Assembly (NCBI GenBank): GCA_038824035.1
Contig: JAWBBW010000006.1
Coordinates: forward strand, 1 to 64,000
Reading direction: 5' to 3'
Source of the DNA: Desulfurococcaceae archaeon
Lineage (GTDB): Archaea; Thermoproteota; Thermoprotei_A; Sulfolobales; Desulfurococcaceae
Length of the DNA: 64,000 nucleotides
A program made the position numbers and the translations under genes. The notes below the pieces were generated by a model. It was not told the DNA's origin and searched no databases. It saw only the letters and a program-made list of their open reading frames with translations. This document shows, piece by piece, positions 1-9,148 of this stretch; position 1 is the first letter of the stretch, and each line of letters starts with the position of its first letter.

Positions 1-675
1 TATGAAAAACTCCTAGAGATCTCTAAAAGTGAGGGATTTGAAGGACCAGCTAAGTACATTGAGACAATCATAGAGGATTTTTTGACACAGCGATCTAAGC
101 TGAGCGAACTGGTGGAAACCATCGTGGTTGAAAAATTAAAGAAAAGAATTGAGAGAATGATCCAAGACGAGGTGAACAAGGGCCTGAATGCCGTGGAGGC
201 GTTGAAGAAACAAGTCCTTGATCTATATGATAAAATGGAGTCCTTGGAACAAAAAATGAATGAATTAGAGGCTACTCTAAAAGAACACTATGAAAAACCA
301 ATCCCTGCACAGATCCCCCAATACACAAGATCTTATAAAACCGGGATCGAGAGATTAAGAGACGAGAAAATAGTATTTGAAAGTAAATTACCCCCTAGGA
401 TACAAAGAGATAGATTATTTTCATACTTTGAACGCATGGGCGCGGTGGTTATAAAGCTAAGCAAAGAACGAGTTGCAATCGATAGTGAGTTTTGGAGGGA
501 GTTTAAAAATAAACTATTAAATGAAATCAGGACAATTGATGATAACGAGATAAAGAATGTTTTGGGAACACATGGTTATGAATTATGGAAGGCGTTGTAC
601 AACGATAACGCGATCATCTATGATTCAAGGGAGAAGAAGTGGAAAATTATCTTAAGGGAATTGGCAGATAAATAA
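1..675 (+). CDS. Coiled-coil protein, possibly with N-terminal ribbon-helix-helix (CopG-like) domain; 5' end probably outside the window
   Basis: Frame is open from base 1 (YEKLLEISKSEGFEGPAKYIETIIEDFL) into the 82..675 ORF; heptad coiled coil in the middle. Confidence 0.55.
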   Translation, partial: YEKLLEISKSEGFEGPAKYIETIIEDFLTQRSKLSELVETIVVEKLKKRIERMIQDEVNKGLNAVEALKKQVLDLYDKMESLEQKMNELEATLKEHYEKPIPAQIPQYTRSYKTGIERLRDEKIVFESKLPPRIQRDRLFSYFERMGAVVIKLSKERVAIDSEFWREFKNKLLNEIRTIDDNEIKNVLGTHGYELWKALYNDNAIIYDSREKKWKIILRELADK

Positions 676-696
676 TCTTCATGACAAAGGAACAAC

Positions 697-1788
697 GTGT
701 TACCGGAATTAGGGATCTTCATGAGCTCTCTCAGGGAATACGAAGAACTTCTAAACAGGGTTAAAATAGAGGAAAATGGTGCTATTTTACTCGGGAAAAA
801 TATCGTTGTAGATGGTTTTGCTAAAAGACCATACAGGGTTATAACACACGTACATATGGATCATGTGTTAGGCATCGAAGAAAGCATATTTGTATCTAGA
901 AAAATAATAGGAAACCCTATAACACTCGAGTTAATTGAAGCTTTGGGCTATGTTCCTTCTCAATATTTAACTATCTATAGAAACAAGAAATTACCATTAG
1001 ATTATAACACGCCATACAGAGTTGACAACGAAAGGATCATGTTAATTCCTTCCGACCATATACCAGGATCTGCCCAGGTATTTGTAGAGAACGACCATGT
1101 TCGACTTGGATATACCGGGGACTTTAAATTAAATGAAAAGACACAGGTAATGAGAGATCTTGATGTATTGGTCATAGAGGCCACTTATGGGAATCCAAGA
1201 CATAGACGGCCTTTTAAAAGCCTGGTTCCAGATATATTTGTAGATCTTGTTAAAGAGGGGTTGAGCAATTATGACAAAATATACATATATGGCTATTATG
1301 GAAAAATACAAGAGGCCATGATGATCCTGAGATCATCTGGAATAAACGTAGATTTCATAGTGCCAGAAAAGATCTATAACATGACTAAGATATTGGAAAA
1401 ATATGGATACCGCATAGGTAATTACTACAAAGAAAAAGACCATAAAGCGAATAAGAGTGAAAAGATAATAGTGTTCAAACATTTCTGTAATGCCAAGTAC
1501 AGAAAACTGTCTGGAGACTCGTTACATGTGGTATTAAGTGGCCGAGAATTCAACGAGCCGTTGAGGAAAATAGATGAATATACATATTTAGTAGCGTTGA
1601 GCGATCACGCTGATTTCTCGGAATTAATTGAATACATTGATATATCCAGCCCAGCTATTGTAGTAATAGATGGATATAGAAGTACCGATCCATGGGGACT
1701 TAGAGATCATTTATTGAAAAAAGGCGTGTGCTCTGTAGTCATGCCCTCAATCAATCCATTAAATGATATCAAGAGGTGCGTTTCTTGA
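697..1788 (+). CDS. Metallo-beta-lactamase fold (beta-CASP-like) nuclease
   Basis: THVHMDH, HIPGS, YTGDF, EATYG and SDHAD motifs. Confidence 0.8.
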   Translation: MLPELGIFMSSLREYEELLNRVKIEENGAILLGKNIVVDGFAKRPYRVITHVHMDHVLGIEESIFVSRKIIGNPITLELIEALGYVPSQYLTIYRNKKLPLDYNTPYRVDNERIMLIPSDHIPGSAQVFVENDHVRLGYTGDFKLNEKTQVMRDLDVLVIEATYGNPRHRRPFKSLVPDIFVDLVKEGLSNYDKIYIYGYYGKIQEAMMILRSSGINVDFIVPEKIYNMTKILEKYGYRIGNYYKEKDHKANKSEKIIVFKHFCNAKYRKLSGDSLHVVLSGREFNEPLRKIDEYTYLVALSDHADFSELIEYIDISSPAIVVIDGYRSTDPWGLRDHLLKKGVCSVVMPSINPLNDIKRCVS

Positions 1789-2891
1789 AGAAAATAATAG
1801 TGAGACACCACATGTTAAATGCAACTTTAATGGGTCTGGGCGGCTCTCATTATGTCATGCTCGAAACAGCTATAGCATTCGCCAAAAAAGGATATGAAGT
1901 GTTTATAGATTCTATTAACATAAACTCCCCTTGCAAATTAAGAAGACTGGCCGAATTTTTCGGACTGAACGTTGAGGAAATCAGCGGATTAGGCTTAGGA
2001 GAGCCTGAGACTGGCCCTAGTCTGGTTATAAATACTAGTGGAGATGTGTTATCGGGGACAGGTGATGTTATCTATTTACATTACCCCTCATTCTTGGATC
2101 ATGAGATATATTATCCCGGATTACATGGATTCTATCAAGTCCTAGGTAAAATGTACTCTTTTATAAACACTGTGTTCTTTCCATTTCTATTACATAGGAT
2201 CAAAATGTACCTAGCCAATTCCTCGTTCACTGCCGAATTCTTTAAGAAATACTTCAATATCTCACCCATAGTTATTCATCCACCCGTTAATATAGACGAT
2301 ATACTTCTATCCAAGCCCTTGGATAAGCATGAAAGAGAACAATACGTTCTAACAGTCATGAGGATCAGCCCCGAGAAACGCCCAGATATGATTATTAGAT
2401 TGGCTAAACTAATCAAATGTCATAACTTAAAATATAAATTAATAGTTGTAGGGTCATTATCGAATTACAATAAATCTCTTTATAAGGAGATCCTTGAATA
2501 CGTAATGAAAGACGATCTTAATGATATTGTTGAAATAAAAACCAATATACCTAGACACGAGCTTATAGAGCTATATAGGAAAGCTATGCTATACATTCAC
2601 TTAACCCCTAGGGAACATTTCGGAATAAGCATTGTCGAAGCCATGGCTAGTGGAACACCTGCTTTAGTCCCGATAGAGTCCGGTAGCTGGATTGATATCA
2701 GTAAACAAGATCCTAATGTATCAATTCCATATAATTCACTAGAAGAAGCTGTGCATATGATTAAAAAGATCATGGATGATGATATCCTCTGGAAAAAGCT
2801 AAGCGAAAATAGCTTAAAACGGGCAAAAGAACTTAGCCGAAGAGCGTTTCATGAAAAAATATATAGTGCTCTCAAACACTTATTAGTTTAG
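1776..2891 (+). CDS. GT4 glycosyltransferase (ALG11-like)
   Basis: ANSSFT, RISPEK and EHFGISIVEAMASG motifs. Confidence 0.85.
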   Translation: MRFLKKIIVRHHMLNATLMGLGGSHYVMLETAIAFAKKGYEVFIDSININSPCKLRRLAEFFGLNVEEISGLGLGEPETGPSLVINTSGDVLSGTGDVIYLHYPSFLDHEIYYPGLHGFYQVLGKMYSFINTVFFPFLLHRIKMYLANSSFTAEFFKKYFNISPIVIHPPVNIDDILLSKPLDKHEREQYVLTVMRISPEKRPDMIIRLAKLIKCHNLKYKLIVVGSLSNYNKSLYKEILEYVMKDDLNDIVEIKTNIPRHELIELYRKAMLYIHLTPREHFGISIVEAMASGTPALVPIESGSWIDISKQDPNVSIPYNSLEEAVHMIKKIMDDDILWKKLSENSLKRAKELSRRAFHEKIYSALKHLLV

Positions 2892-2905
2892 ACAATTTAC
2901 ACAAA

Positions 2906-2954
2906 ATGAAGATCGACCGCGAAACTGAATCATGATGAGGAAGAGCCGTACAGA
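2906..2954 (+). ncRNA. C/D box guide sRNA candidate
   Basis: C ATGAAGA 2906-12, D' CTGA 2925-28, C' ATGATGA 2932-38, D CAGA 2951-54; two 12-nt guides. Confidence 0.75.
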
Positions 2955-2990
2955 TTCTATATTAGATAATTAATTAAAATTTGACAAAAA

Positions 2991-3076
2991 TCCCGCCGGG
3001 GGGATTTGAACCCCCGACCACCCGGTTTCCACCTCCCTCACTACAGCCGGGCGCTCTGCCGCTGAGCTACGGCGGG
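2991..3076 (-). tRNA. tRNA-Tyr(GTA) with 14-nt intron at 37/38 (3027-3040)
   Basis: Cloverleaf CCCGCCG...CGGCGGG-A; anticodon arm CCCGG-CTGTAG^A-CCGGG; TTCAAAT T-loop. Confidence 0.95.
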
Positions 3077-3141
3077 TTATAAAAGTCCTCACATTTTTAA
3101 TTATTGAAAAGGGTTATAAAAATTGTGAGGAATGAACTTCT

Positions 3142-3774
3142 ATGAATTCTACGGATACAAGTATTGATATAGCGAATACGCTGAGATGCGATATTGAAAA
3201 AATAGATCGATTGTTGAATATGAAAGATAGCATAAGAGAATCGGCATATAGATTAGTGCGTGAAATGATAAGGTCTAGTAGCGAAGTCGTAAGTTTTATC
3301 CATAGAGAATTATATATCGAAGCATCCAAGAAAATAAATCTATTGAAAGACAACGTGAATAAATTAAAAGAGATGTTAAAAGACCATCCAGATCTATATT
3401 ATTCAGGGATGATTTATAATGGATTAAGTGAATTCGTGGAGGCATATATATTTTATTCCATAGTAGTGGAATCACGGATACCCGCATGGGAGGAACTAGG
3501 TGTCCCGATTGTTCCATACTTACAGGGCCTTGGCGATGTAATAGGTGAGATAAGAAGATTAATAATCAAATTATTGAACAAGCAATTAATTGAAGAAGTG
3601 GAAAAATACCTCAGAATAATGGAGAGCATTTATGAGAACTTGAGGATACTTAATTATCCAGATGCATTGATACCGGGATTACGTCACAAAGTGGATTTGG
3701 CATCCAAACTCATAGATGAAACAAAAATATTGATCTTGAATACTAAGAACTCCCTTCGATGTGCAATATCATAA
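3142..3774 (+). CDS. Translin/TRAX family protein
   Basis: EFVEA and YLQGLGDVIGEIRR motifs. Confidence 0.85.
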   Translation: MNSTDTSIDIANTLRCDIEKIDRLLNMKDSIRESAYRLVREMIRSSSEVVSFIHRELYIEASKKINLLKDNVNKLKEMLKDHPDLYYSGMIYNGLSEFVEAYIFYSIVVESRIPAWEELGVPIVPYLQGLGDVIGEIRRLIIKLLNKQLIEEVEKYLRIMESIYENLRILNYPDALIPGLRHKVDLASKLIDETKILILNTKNSLRCAIS

Positions 3775-3866
3775 AAATAGTACACTAAGAATGCGCTATA
3801 GTTGGATCGTTTTATGGCTTAAAATATTTTTAAGTTCTCTTCTATTTAGATAATTCAAGACTATTG

Positions 3867-3956
3867 GGGCCCGTCGTCTAGCCTGGTTAGGACGCCGCCC
3901 TTACAAGCGAGGTCTAAGAGAGGCGGAGGCCCGGGGTTCAAGTCCCCGCGGGCCCA
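3867..3956 (+). tRNA. tRNA-Val(TAC) with 15-nt intron at 37/38 (3906-3920)
   Basis: Cloverleaf; BHB helix CTTA/TAAG. Confidence 0.95.
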
Positions 3957-4254
3957 TTTATCATCTTAACAATAACATTTATGTAATAACTGACGACCAT
4001 ACATATGTTTGCATTCCACATGATATAATGTAAAGCCAGGCGACGCAACCAAGCGTGCGCGATCTTCACGAACATGGTACTTCGTAACCTAGTTAATATT
4101 AGTATATTCGGAATATTACGGTAATATATAATAGAGTCATGGATATGGAAATAAGGTCTTAGATATTGGACAAAGATATCTGTGCAATAAACTTTATAAA
4201 GGTCTATAAAATCATGGCTTATTGAGTTAGGTAAGTAGATCTAAGTATATATAT

Positions 4255-5304
4255 GTGGGTGAATATCGTATGCCAGCTACTGAGAGAAGACGTGTACAAC
4301 GAACTGGTTCATCTTCATTTATAGTTACGTTGCCAAAGGACTGGGTAGATGCTATAGGATTGAAAAGCGGCGATTATGTCATAATAGAAAAACATGGTGA
4401 TAAATTAGTAATAATACCACCCGCAGCCGAGGTTGCACAACTTAAGGCTATGATAAAAGTTTATCCTGGTATAGATATTCCACAAGTATTTAGAATGATC
4501 TTGGGAGCATATATAGCTGGATATGGTACTATAACCGTAGCATTTGATCCTTCAATACCAGAATTAGCCAAGTTAGTAAGCGAGATCAAGAATATGGCTA
4601 GGATAAAATTAGCTGGCATTGAAGTGGTTGAAGAGACTTACAATAGCGTTACATTCAAAGTACTACTTAATTTGCGGGAACTCCCATTGGTTAGCGCCAT
4701 AAAGAGACTTCACATAATTGTTAATAACATGTTACAGGATTGTATCAATTTGATACGGACAAGTGATGTGAGTTTTGCCCATGCAGTAATACAAAGAGAT
4801 GATGAAGCGGATAGATTTCACCACATGATCGTGAGAGAGCTCTCAATGACATTATTAGATGTACGAGTACAGCACGAACTCGGGATCACAAACATAGTAG
4901 AAACCTTGAGCTATAGGATAATTGCCAGGAATTTGGAAAGAATAGCTGATCACGCTGTGAACATAGCTAAAAGAGTGCTATCAGCTGGCGGTATAAAAAG
5001 CATAGAACTTGTCCACGATTTAATTGTAAAGACCGTTGAATTATTCAACAAAGCTATGAATTCACTTTATAGTTTAAGCCGAAGAGATGCTGAAGAGGTA
5101 ATATATGAAGCTAAGCAAATAGTCAAAGATATAGAAGATGCCTTATATGGAAAAGTACTTTCTTCGCCAATAGATATTAAGGAAAAAATTGCCATCACGC
5201 TGATATATGATAGTTTAAGAAGAATCACTAGGTATTCTAATGGCATTGCAGAGTCTGTTCTAAATATCAAGGCCGCTAAGGTTTCAGAGATAGATGTTAA
5301 ATAA
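4255..5304 (+). CDS. phoU: Phosphate uptake regulator PhoU with N-terminal AbrB domain
   Basis: RRVQRTGSSSFIVTLPKDW (AbrB); DDEADR and LERIADHA (PhoU). Confidence 0.85.
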   Translation: MGEYRMPATERRRVQRTGSSSFIVTLPKDWVDAIGLKSGDYVIIEKHGDKLVIIPPAAEVAQLKAMIKVYPGIDIPQVFRMILGAYIAGYGTITVAFDPSIPELAKLVSEIKNMARIKLAGIEVVEETYNSVTFKVLLNLRELPLVSAIKRLHIIVNNMLQDCINLIRTSDVSFAHAVIQRDDEADRFHHMIVRELSMTLLDVRVQHELGITNIVETLSYRIIARNLERIADHAVNIAKRVLSAGGIKSIELVHDLIVKTVELFNKAMNSLYSLSRRDAEEVIYEAKQIVKDIEDALYGKVLSSPIDIKEKIAITLIYDSLRRITRYSNGIAESVLNIKAAKVSEIDVK

Positions 5305-5354
5305 AAACCAAGTTTTTAACCTTTTTAATCCTGCATAAAAAATAATATTTTCAT

Positions 5355-5430
5355 GCTGGACCCCGGTGCCCATGCAACGTCCCCGAGTACCGGGGAAGAA
5401 TGAGCATGGGACGGGTCACTCCCGGCTACA
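5355..5430 (+). ncRNA. Structured GC-rich RNA, H/ACA-like single hairpin
   Basis: Stems GCTGG/CCGGC, CCCATGC/GCATGGG and TCCCCG/CGGGGA; terminal ACA 5428-30; TTTTTAA TATA-like element about 27 nt upstream. Confidence 0.6.
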
Positions 5431-5542
5431 CTCTTGAATAATATCCTTCTCTAATCCTAGGCCATGCATTTGTTCTTTAATCTAAGACAACTAGTTAAGA
5501 TTAAAAAGGAGGAATAATATCATAAAAATCATAAGATTGAAA

Positions 5543-5642
5543 GCCGGGGTGGCCGAGCGGTCTAAGGCGGCGGGCTGCAGGGCTTTTGAAACCAGGGGCT
5601 CAGAAACCCGTTTAATCGCGGGTTCGAATCCCGCCCCCGGCT
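5543..5642 (+). tRNA. tRNA-Cys(GCA) with 25-nt intron at 37/38 (5581-5605)
   Basis: GCCGGGG/CCCCGGC acceptor stem, U discriminator, GCGGG-CTGCAG^A-CCCGT. Confidence 0.95.
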
Positions 5643-5698
5643 TATTTTACTACTCAAACAATACCTGATAAGTTAAGTAAGCTACGTGTGAGTAAAAA

Positions 5699-5914
5699 TT
5701 AGCCTGAATCGATGGTTTTATTGATCTGGCATTTTAATTTTCCCAATACTGCATCCAATTGATCTAAGGGGACTTTGATTACGTACAAATATCTCTTTGT
5801 CCTAGCCTTGATCTTGGCCAGGTTCTTCTTTGTGTTTTTTACAACCCTACACTCAATAGCCCTCTCGGTTATCTTAATAAACTCATCAATGTTCTTAATC
5901 TCTACTGGCATCAA
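5699..5914 (-). CDS. rpl38e: 50S ribosomal protein L38e
   Basis: MPVEIKNIDEFI...KIKARTKRYLYVIKV. Confidence 0.85.
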   Translation of the reverse strand: MMPVEIKNIDEFIKITERAIECRVVKNTKKNLAKIKARTKRYLYVIKVPLDQLDAVLGKLKCQINKTIDSG

Positions 5915-6158
5915 ACCACCTATGCTTCTCTGAGCTAATACAATGTAATAAATTAAAATATTATCAGCTATTATAATTTTAATGAGCCTTTTAAATCAGC
6001 ATCTTTCACAAACTCACTCATAGACCCTATTTACTTGTTCTATGCCTGAATAATGCTAGCATAGACTTTTACCCCCTTATTTTAAATTCTGATCTAAAAT
6101 GGATGTTTAATACTTGGTGCAGTGTGTTATCGTATCGATAAGCTAAGAGCCGTTATAA

Positions 6159-6695
6159 TTATCTGTCGCTATATAGATCTTTGTTCAGTGTTTTTACTAA
6201 TGCCATTAAGGTTGCGAGTTTCGAAAGCTCGGCCCTATCAATAACATTCATTGTCAAAATAGATATAAATCCTCCTTTTTCCCCAATGTCCTTGGTTCCG
6301 AACACGTGATCCACGATCTCTTCTAGCTCTTTAAATTCCCTCATCTCTATGAGTTTGTAAAATTTTCTCGGTATCGGGAATGAAGGTGAAAAACCCATGG
6401 ATTCTAAGCCGTCTTTACTAATAATATAAGATGCTGTGATATCGAATATGTCTTCTCCTATAATGTGAAATCCGGCCTCTATTCCCACAGAATAATCACA
6501 TTCGTGATCAAACGCTTTCAACGCACGTAACTGAGCACCCTTTATAATGGTGTCTAACCCGATTGGCTGTGGTGGTAAACCAGTCTCCACTTTATATGGC
6601 TTTATTTTTTTGACTTTAAAGTACAAATTAAATGCGTTCACTACACCTTTTATTTTAGCTGGATTAGAACTACCTATGCATACTGTGATATCCAA
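6159..6695 (-). CDS. yjjX: Inosine/xanthosine triphosphatase
   Basis: GSSNPAKI, QP, GIEAG and GEKGGFISILT motifs. Confidence 0.85.
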   Translation of the reverse strand: MDITVCIGSSNPAKIKGVVNAFNLYFKVKKIKPYKVETGLPPQPIGLDTIIKGAQLRALKAFDHECDYSVGIEAGFHIIGEDIFDITASYIISKDGLESMGFSPSFPIPRKFYKLIEMREFKELEEIVDHVFGTKDIGEKGGFISILTMNVIDRAELSKLATLMALVKTLNKDLYSDR

Positions 6696-6728
6696 TGCAT
6701 TTCACCAAAATTAATTATCAACAAATAC

Positions 6729-7259
6729 TCAATTATCCGGCTTTGGAGGCGTTACATTGAATTGTCCCTGGTATTTACCACTATATGGCTTATATACCGG
6801 GCTACTTGTTCTAAGGAAAACTATATGCAAGAATCTTTGAAGCGGGTAGATTCTCACCGGTACATTACCTCCTATTATTTCTATTGTTATATTTCCCTTA
6901 AAGCCAGCGTCGATCACTGTCGGAGGTATCATTAAATTCAATCGCGCAAAAGTACTTCTAAGGTTCACTAAGCCTACTAGATCTTCTGGCATCTCAATCC
7001 ATTCAAGGGTTGTAGCTAACACGTGTTCACGTGGATATATAACAAATCCTTCTTCTTCGCCTACATCTTTACATTCCATGAAATCATGTATATTCACCTT
7101 TTTTGAATCCAATATCTGACCTATGTCTCTGAATCTGCAAAAGCTGTGACCAAATCTTAGATCAACACCGTTTTCTCTAATGGTATCTTCAAATATGGGT
7201 TTTATGACCAATAGTTTTTTCTCAAGGTAAACCTTTATATCCCAATCGCTGAGGATCAC
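6729..7259 (-). CDS. dcd: dCTP deaminase
   Basis: MILSDWDI, LRSTFARL, IDAGFKGNITIE, YSGKYQGQ. Confidence 0.93.
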   Translation of the reverse strand: MILSDWDIKVYLEKKLLVIKPIFEDTIRENGVDLRFGHSFCRFRDIGQILDSKKVNIHDFMECKDVGEEEGFVIYPREHVLATTLEWIEMPEDLVGLVNLRSTFARLNLMIPPTVIDAGFKGNITIEIIGGNVPVRIYPLQRFLHIVFLRTSSPVYKPYSGKYQGQFNVTPPKPDN

Positions 7260-7287
7260 TGCGATGCACCTGGCACCTTCCCATGAA

Positions 7288-8235
7288 TTATTTAAATGAA
7301 CTATTTAAACCATAGTCCCCATAAGGATTCCTAGATGCATGGTATAGGCATTTCACCATGTTTTCACCGTTTACTAATTCTGGGCATCTTTTTATAACAG
7401 GTTTACATGTGCCTGCTAAATAGTCATCAATGCTACATATATGGTCTCGAACTCTATTATCATACATGACACAGCGTGGACCAGTATATTTAAACAAGGC
7501 ACTATGAATTGATAACAACTGTTTCCACAGATCCCATGCAATCATTCTTATCTCCCATTGAGCCCTCGAACACATTCGTAATGGAAGAAACACTTCCACC
7601 AATTCCCTCGCGTTCATGGATACTATTAGCCTTGTCTTAATAGCCTGTGGCAATAGGTACCTGGCATCTTCGAAGGAGGCGCCCGTTGCCAATGCCATAT
7701 AGTATTGTATGAGTGATTCTACAAGTGATCTAAGGAATTCTACACGACGTGTACTTATAATAAAAGGTGGAATAATAAATCCTTCTGATAAAATATCGAG
7801 CAATGAATTGAAATCATATATTTCACGTAATTTAACAAGTATGTTAATATGTTTGCTATATTCTGGTGTAAACTTCTCGCCAAACAATTCATAGACCCTG
7901 CTTAAAAGGTCTCTTAGATATTTATCGCTATATCTTTGACTATATTGAGTATAACTAGCATGCCTATGTCTAACCAATTGATGGCTACAAGCCCTACTAC
8001 ATATGACCTCGAAGACGTAGATACTGTGTTCTAGAGGGCTTCCGTGCCCTCTGCGTAATAACTCCTTTATCCACTTTTCGATATCCTCATCACTCATTGA
8101 ATCAAATATTTTATTGAAATCCCTTGGCGAAATTGTCAGTTTCGCTGATGAGGCTATTAATTTCTCAGCGCTCTGTAAATAAGCTACAAGATTTACACTG
8201 GGCATGTATTTCTTCTTGGTACTCATATCACTCAC
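7288..8235 (-). CDS. thyX: FAD-dependent thymidylate synthase
   Basis: GHGSPLEH, RHRHASYTQYSQRY, EDARYLLP, AQWEIR. Confidence 0.95.
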   Translation of the reverse strand: MSDMSTKKKYMPSVNLVAYLQSAEKLIASSAKLTISPRDFNKIFDSMSDEDIEKWIKELLRRGHGSPLEHSIYVFEVICSRACSHQLVRHRHASYTQYSQRYSDKYLRDLLSRVYELFGEKFTPEYSKHINILVKLREIYDFNSLLDILSEGFIIPPFIISTRRVEFLRSLVESLIQYYMALATGASFEDARYLLPQAIKTRLIVSMNARELVEVFLPLRMCSRAQWEIRMIAWDLWKQLLSIHSALFKYTGPRCVMYDNRVRDHICSIDDYLAGTCKPVIKRCPELVNGENMVKCLYHASRNPYGDYGLNSSFK

Positions 8236-8314
8236 CCCTCGGGTTTCTCTGCATACAAATCCCCTGTGATCTATTTTTATTCCTTTTTGGAATATACATG
8301 ATCAGGGATGATCT

Positions 8315-9094
8315 CTAGAAAGGATAGGAGGCCGAGGATTTGATCACGATTTTCTTAAACCCGAGGCCTTGGAGAAATTTTGCTACGTTATTCAACGTGC
8401 TTTCGGGTGGAAAACAGTTTTCTTCACACCACAACTGATCTCTTGGAGTAACCACTGGTTTTCCCAATAACGGATTAATTATCACTATTGTTCTATTAAC
8501 GTGATCTCCCAGGACTTTCACGACCTCATTTATATATTTAGACAGCGTTTCTGGCGCTAATTTCTTATGAACAGGTATTCGAAGCTCTAATGGCAAATCA
8601 TATTTTCCTATCAATTTTAATGACTTCAAGAAATTTTCCCAATAACGCTCAACGAGCGTAGCAGTCAATCCATATAGTTCATAAGGAGGTATCTTGATGT
8701 CCGTGGCAACATGGTGTATTAGATCTTTCTTTATCATTTCACTAAATGCTGTGTAGAGTGTCAAGTTAGAATTTATACTTATTTTCAAATTCATCGTGTT
8801 CACCAAGTATTCCAACAGTCTCTTTAAATTTGTATATTGAAGCAAAGGTTCCCCACCTGTTATATGTAGGAAATCTATTAGAGTCAAGCTAGCCGATAGA
8901 TCTTCAATTAGTTTCGATAAATTGAGTTGTCTACATATTTCTTTGTCGTTATCGGCTAATCTCCAGTTGTGGCAAAAAGGGCACTTAAGATTGCATCCAC
9001 ACAACCATAAAGTGAAACTTGTATATCCATGAATATCGACAAGGCTTAGATTGCGCCAACCAGCTCCATAAATTACTATTTCATCGATGTTCAT
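8315..9094 (-). CDS. nrdG: Anaerobic ribonucleotide reductase activating radical-SAM protein
   Basis: CNLKCPFCHN and ITGGEP; directly downstream of nrdD. Confidence 0.9.
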   Translation of the reverse strand: MNIDEIVIYGAGWRNLSLVDIHGYTSFTLWLCGCNLKCPFCHNWRLADNDKEICRQLNLSKLIEDLSASLTLIDFLHITGGEPLLQYTNLKRLLEYLVNTMNLKISINSNLTLYTAFSEMIKKDLIHHVATDIKIPPYELYGLTATLVERYWENFLKSLKLIGKYDLPLELRIPVHKKLAPETLSKYINEVVKVLGDHVNRTIVIINPLLGKPVVTPRDQLWCEENCFPPESTLNNVAKFLQGLGFKKIVIKSSASYPF

Positions 9095-9148
9095 TCTATT
9101 CTCCTATTCAAGGTAACTACGATGATCTCGATGTAACAAAGAAACTCG

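Noticed and set aside
4030-4075. Short GC-richer patch after tRNA-Val, with a minus-strand GTGAAGA and a 36-codon ORF
   Set aside because: No matching D boxes, stable fold or recognisable peptide
8260-8310. Imperfect hairpin TCCCCTGTGATC...GATCAGGGA between nrdG and thyX
   Set aside because: Short imperfect stem with a long AT loop; it matches no riboswitch or guide motif I recognise
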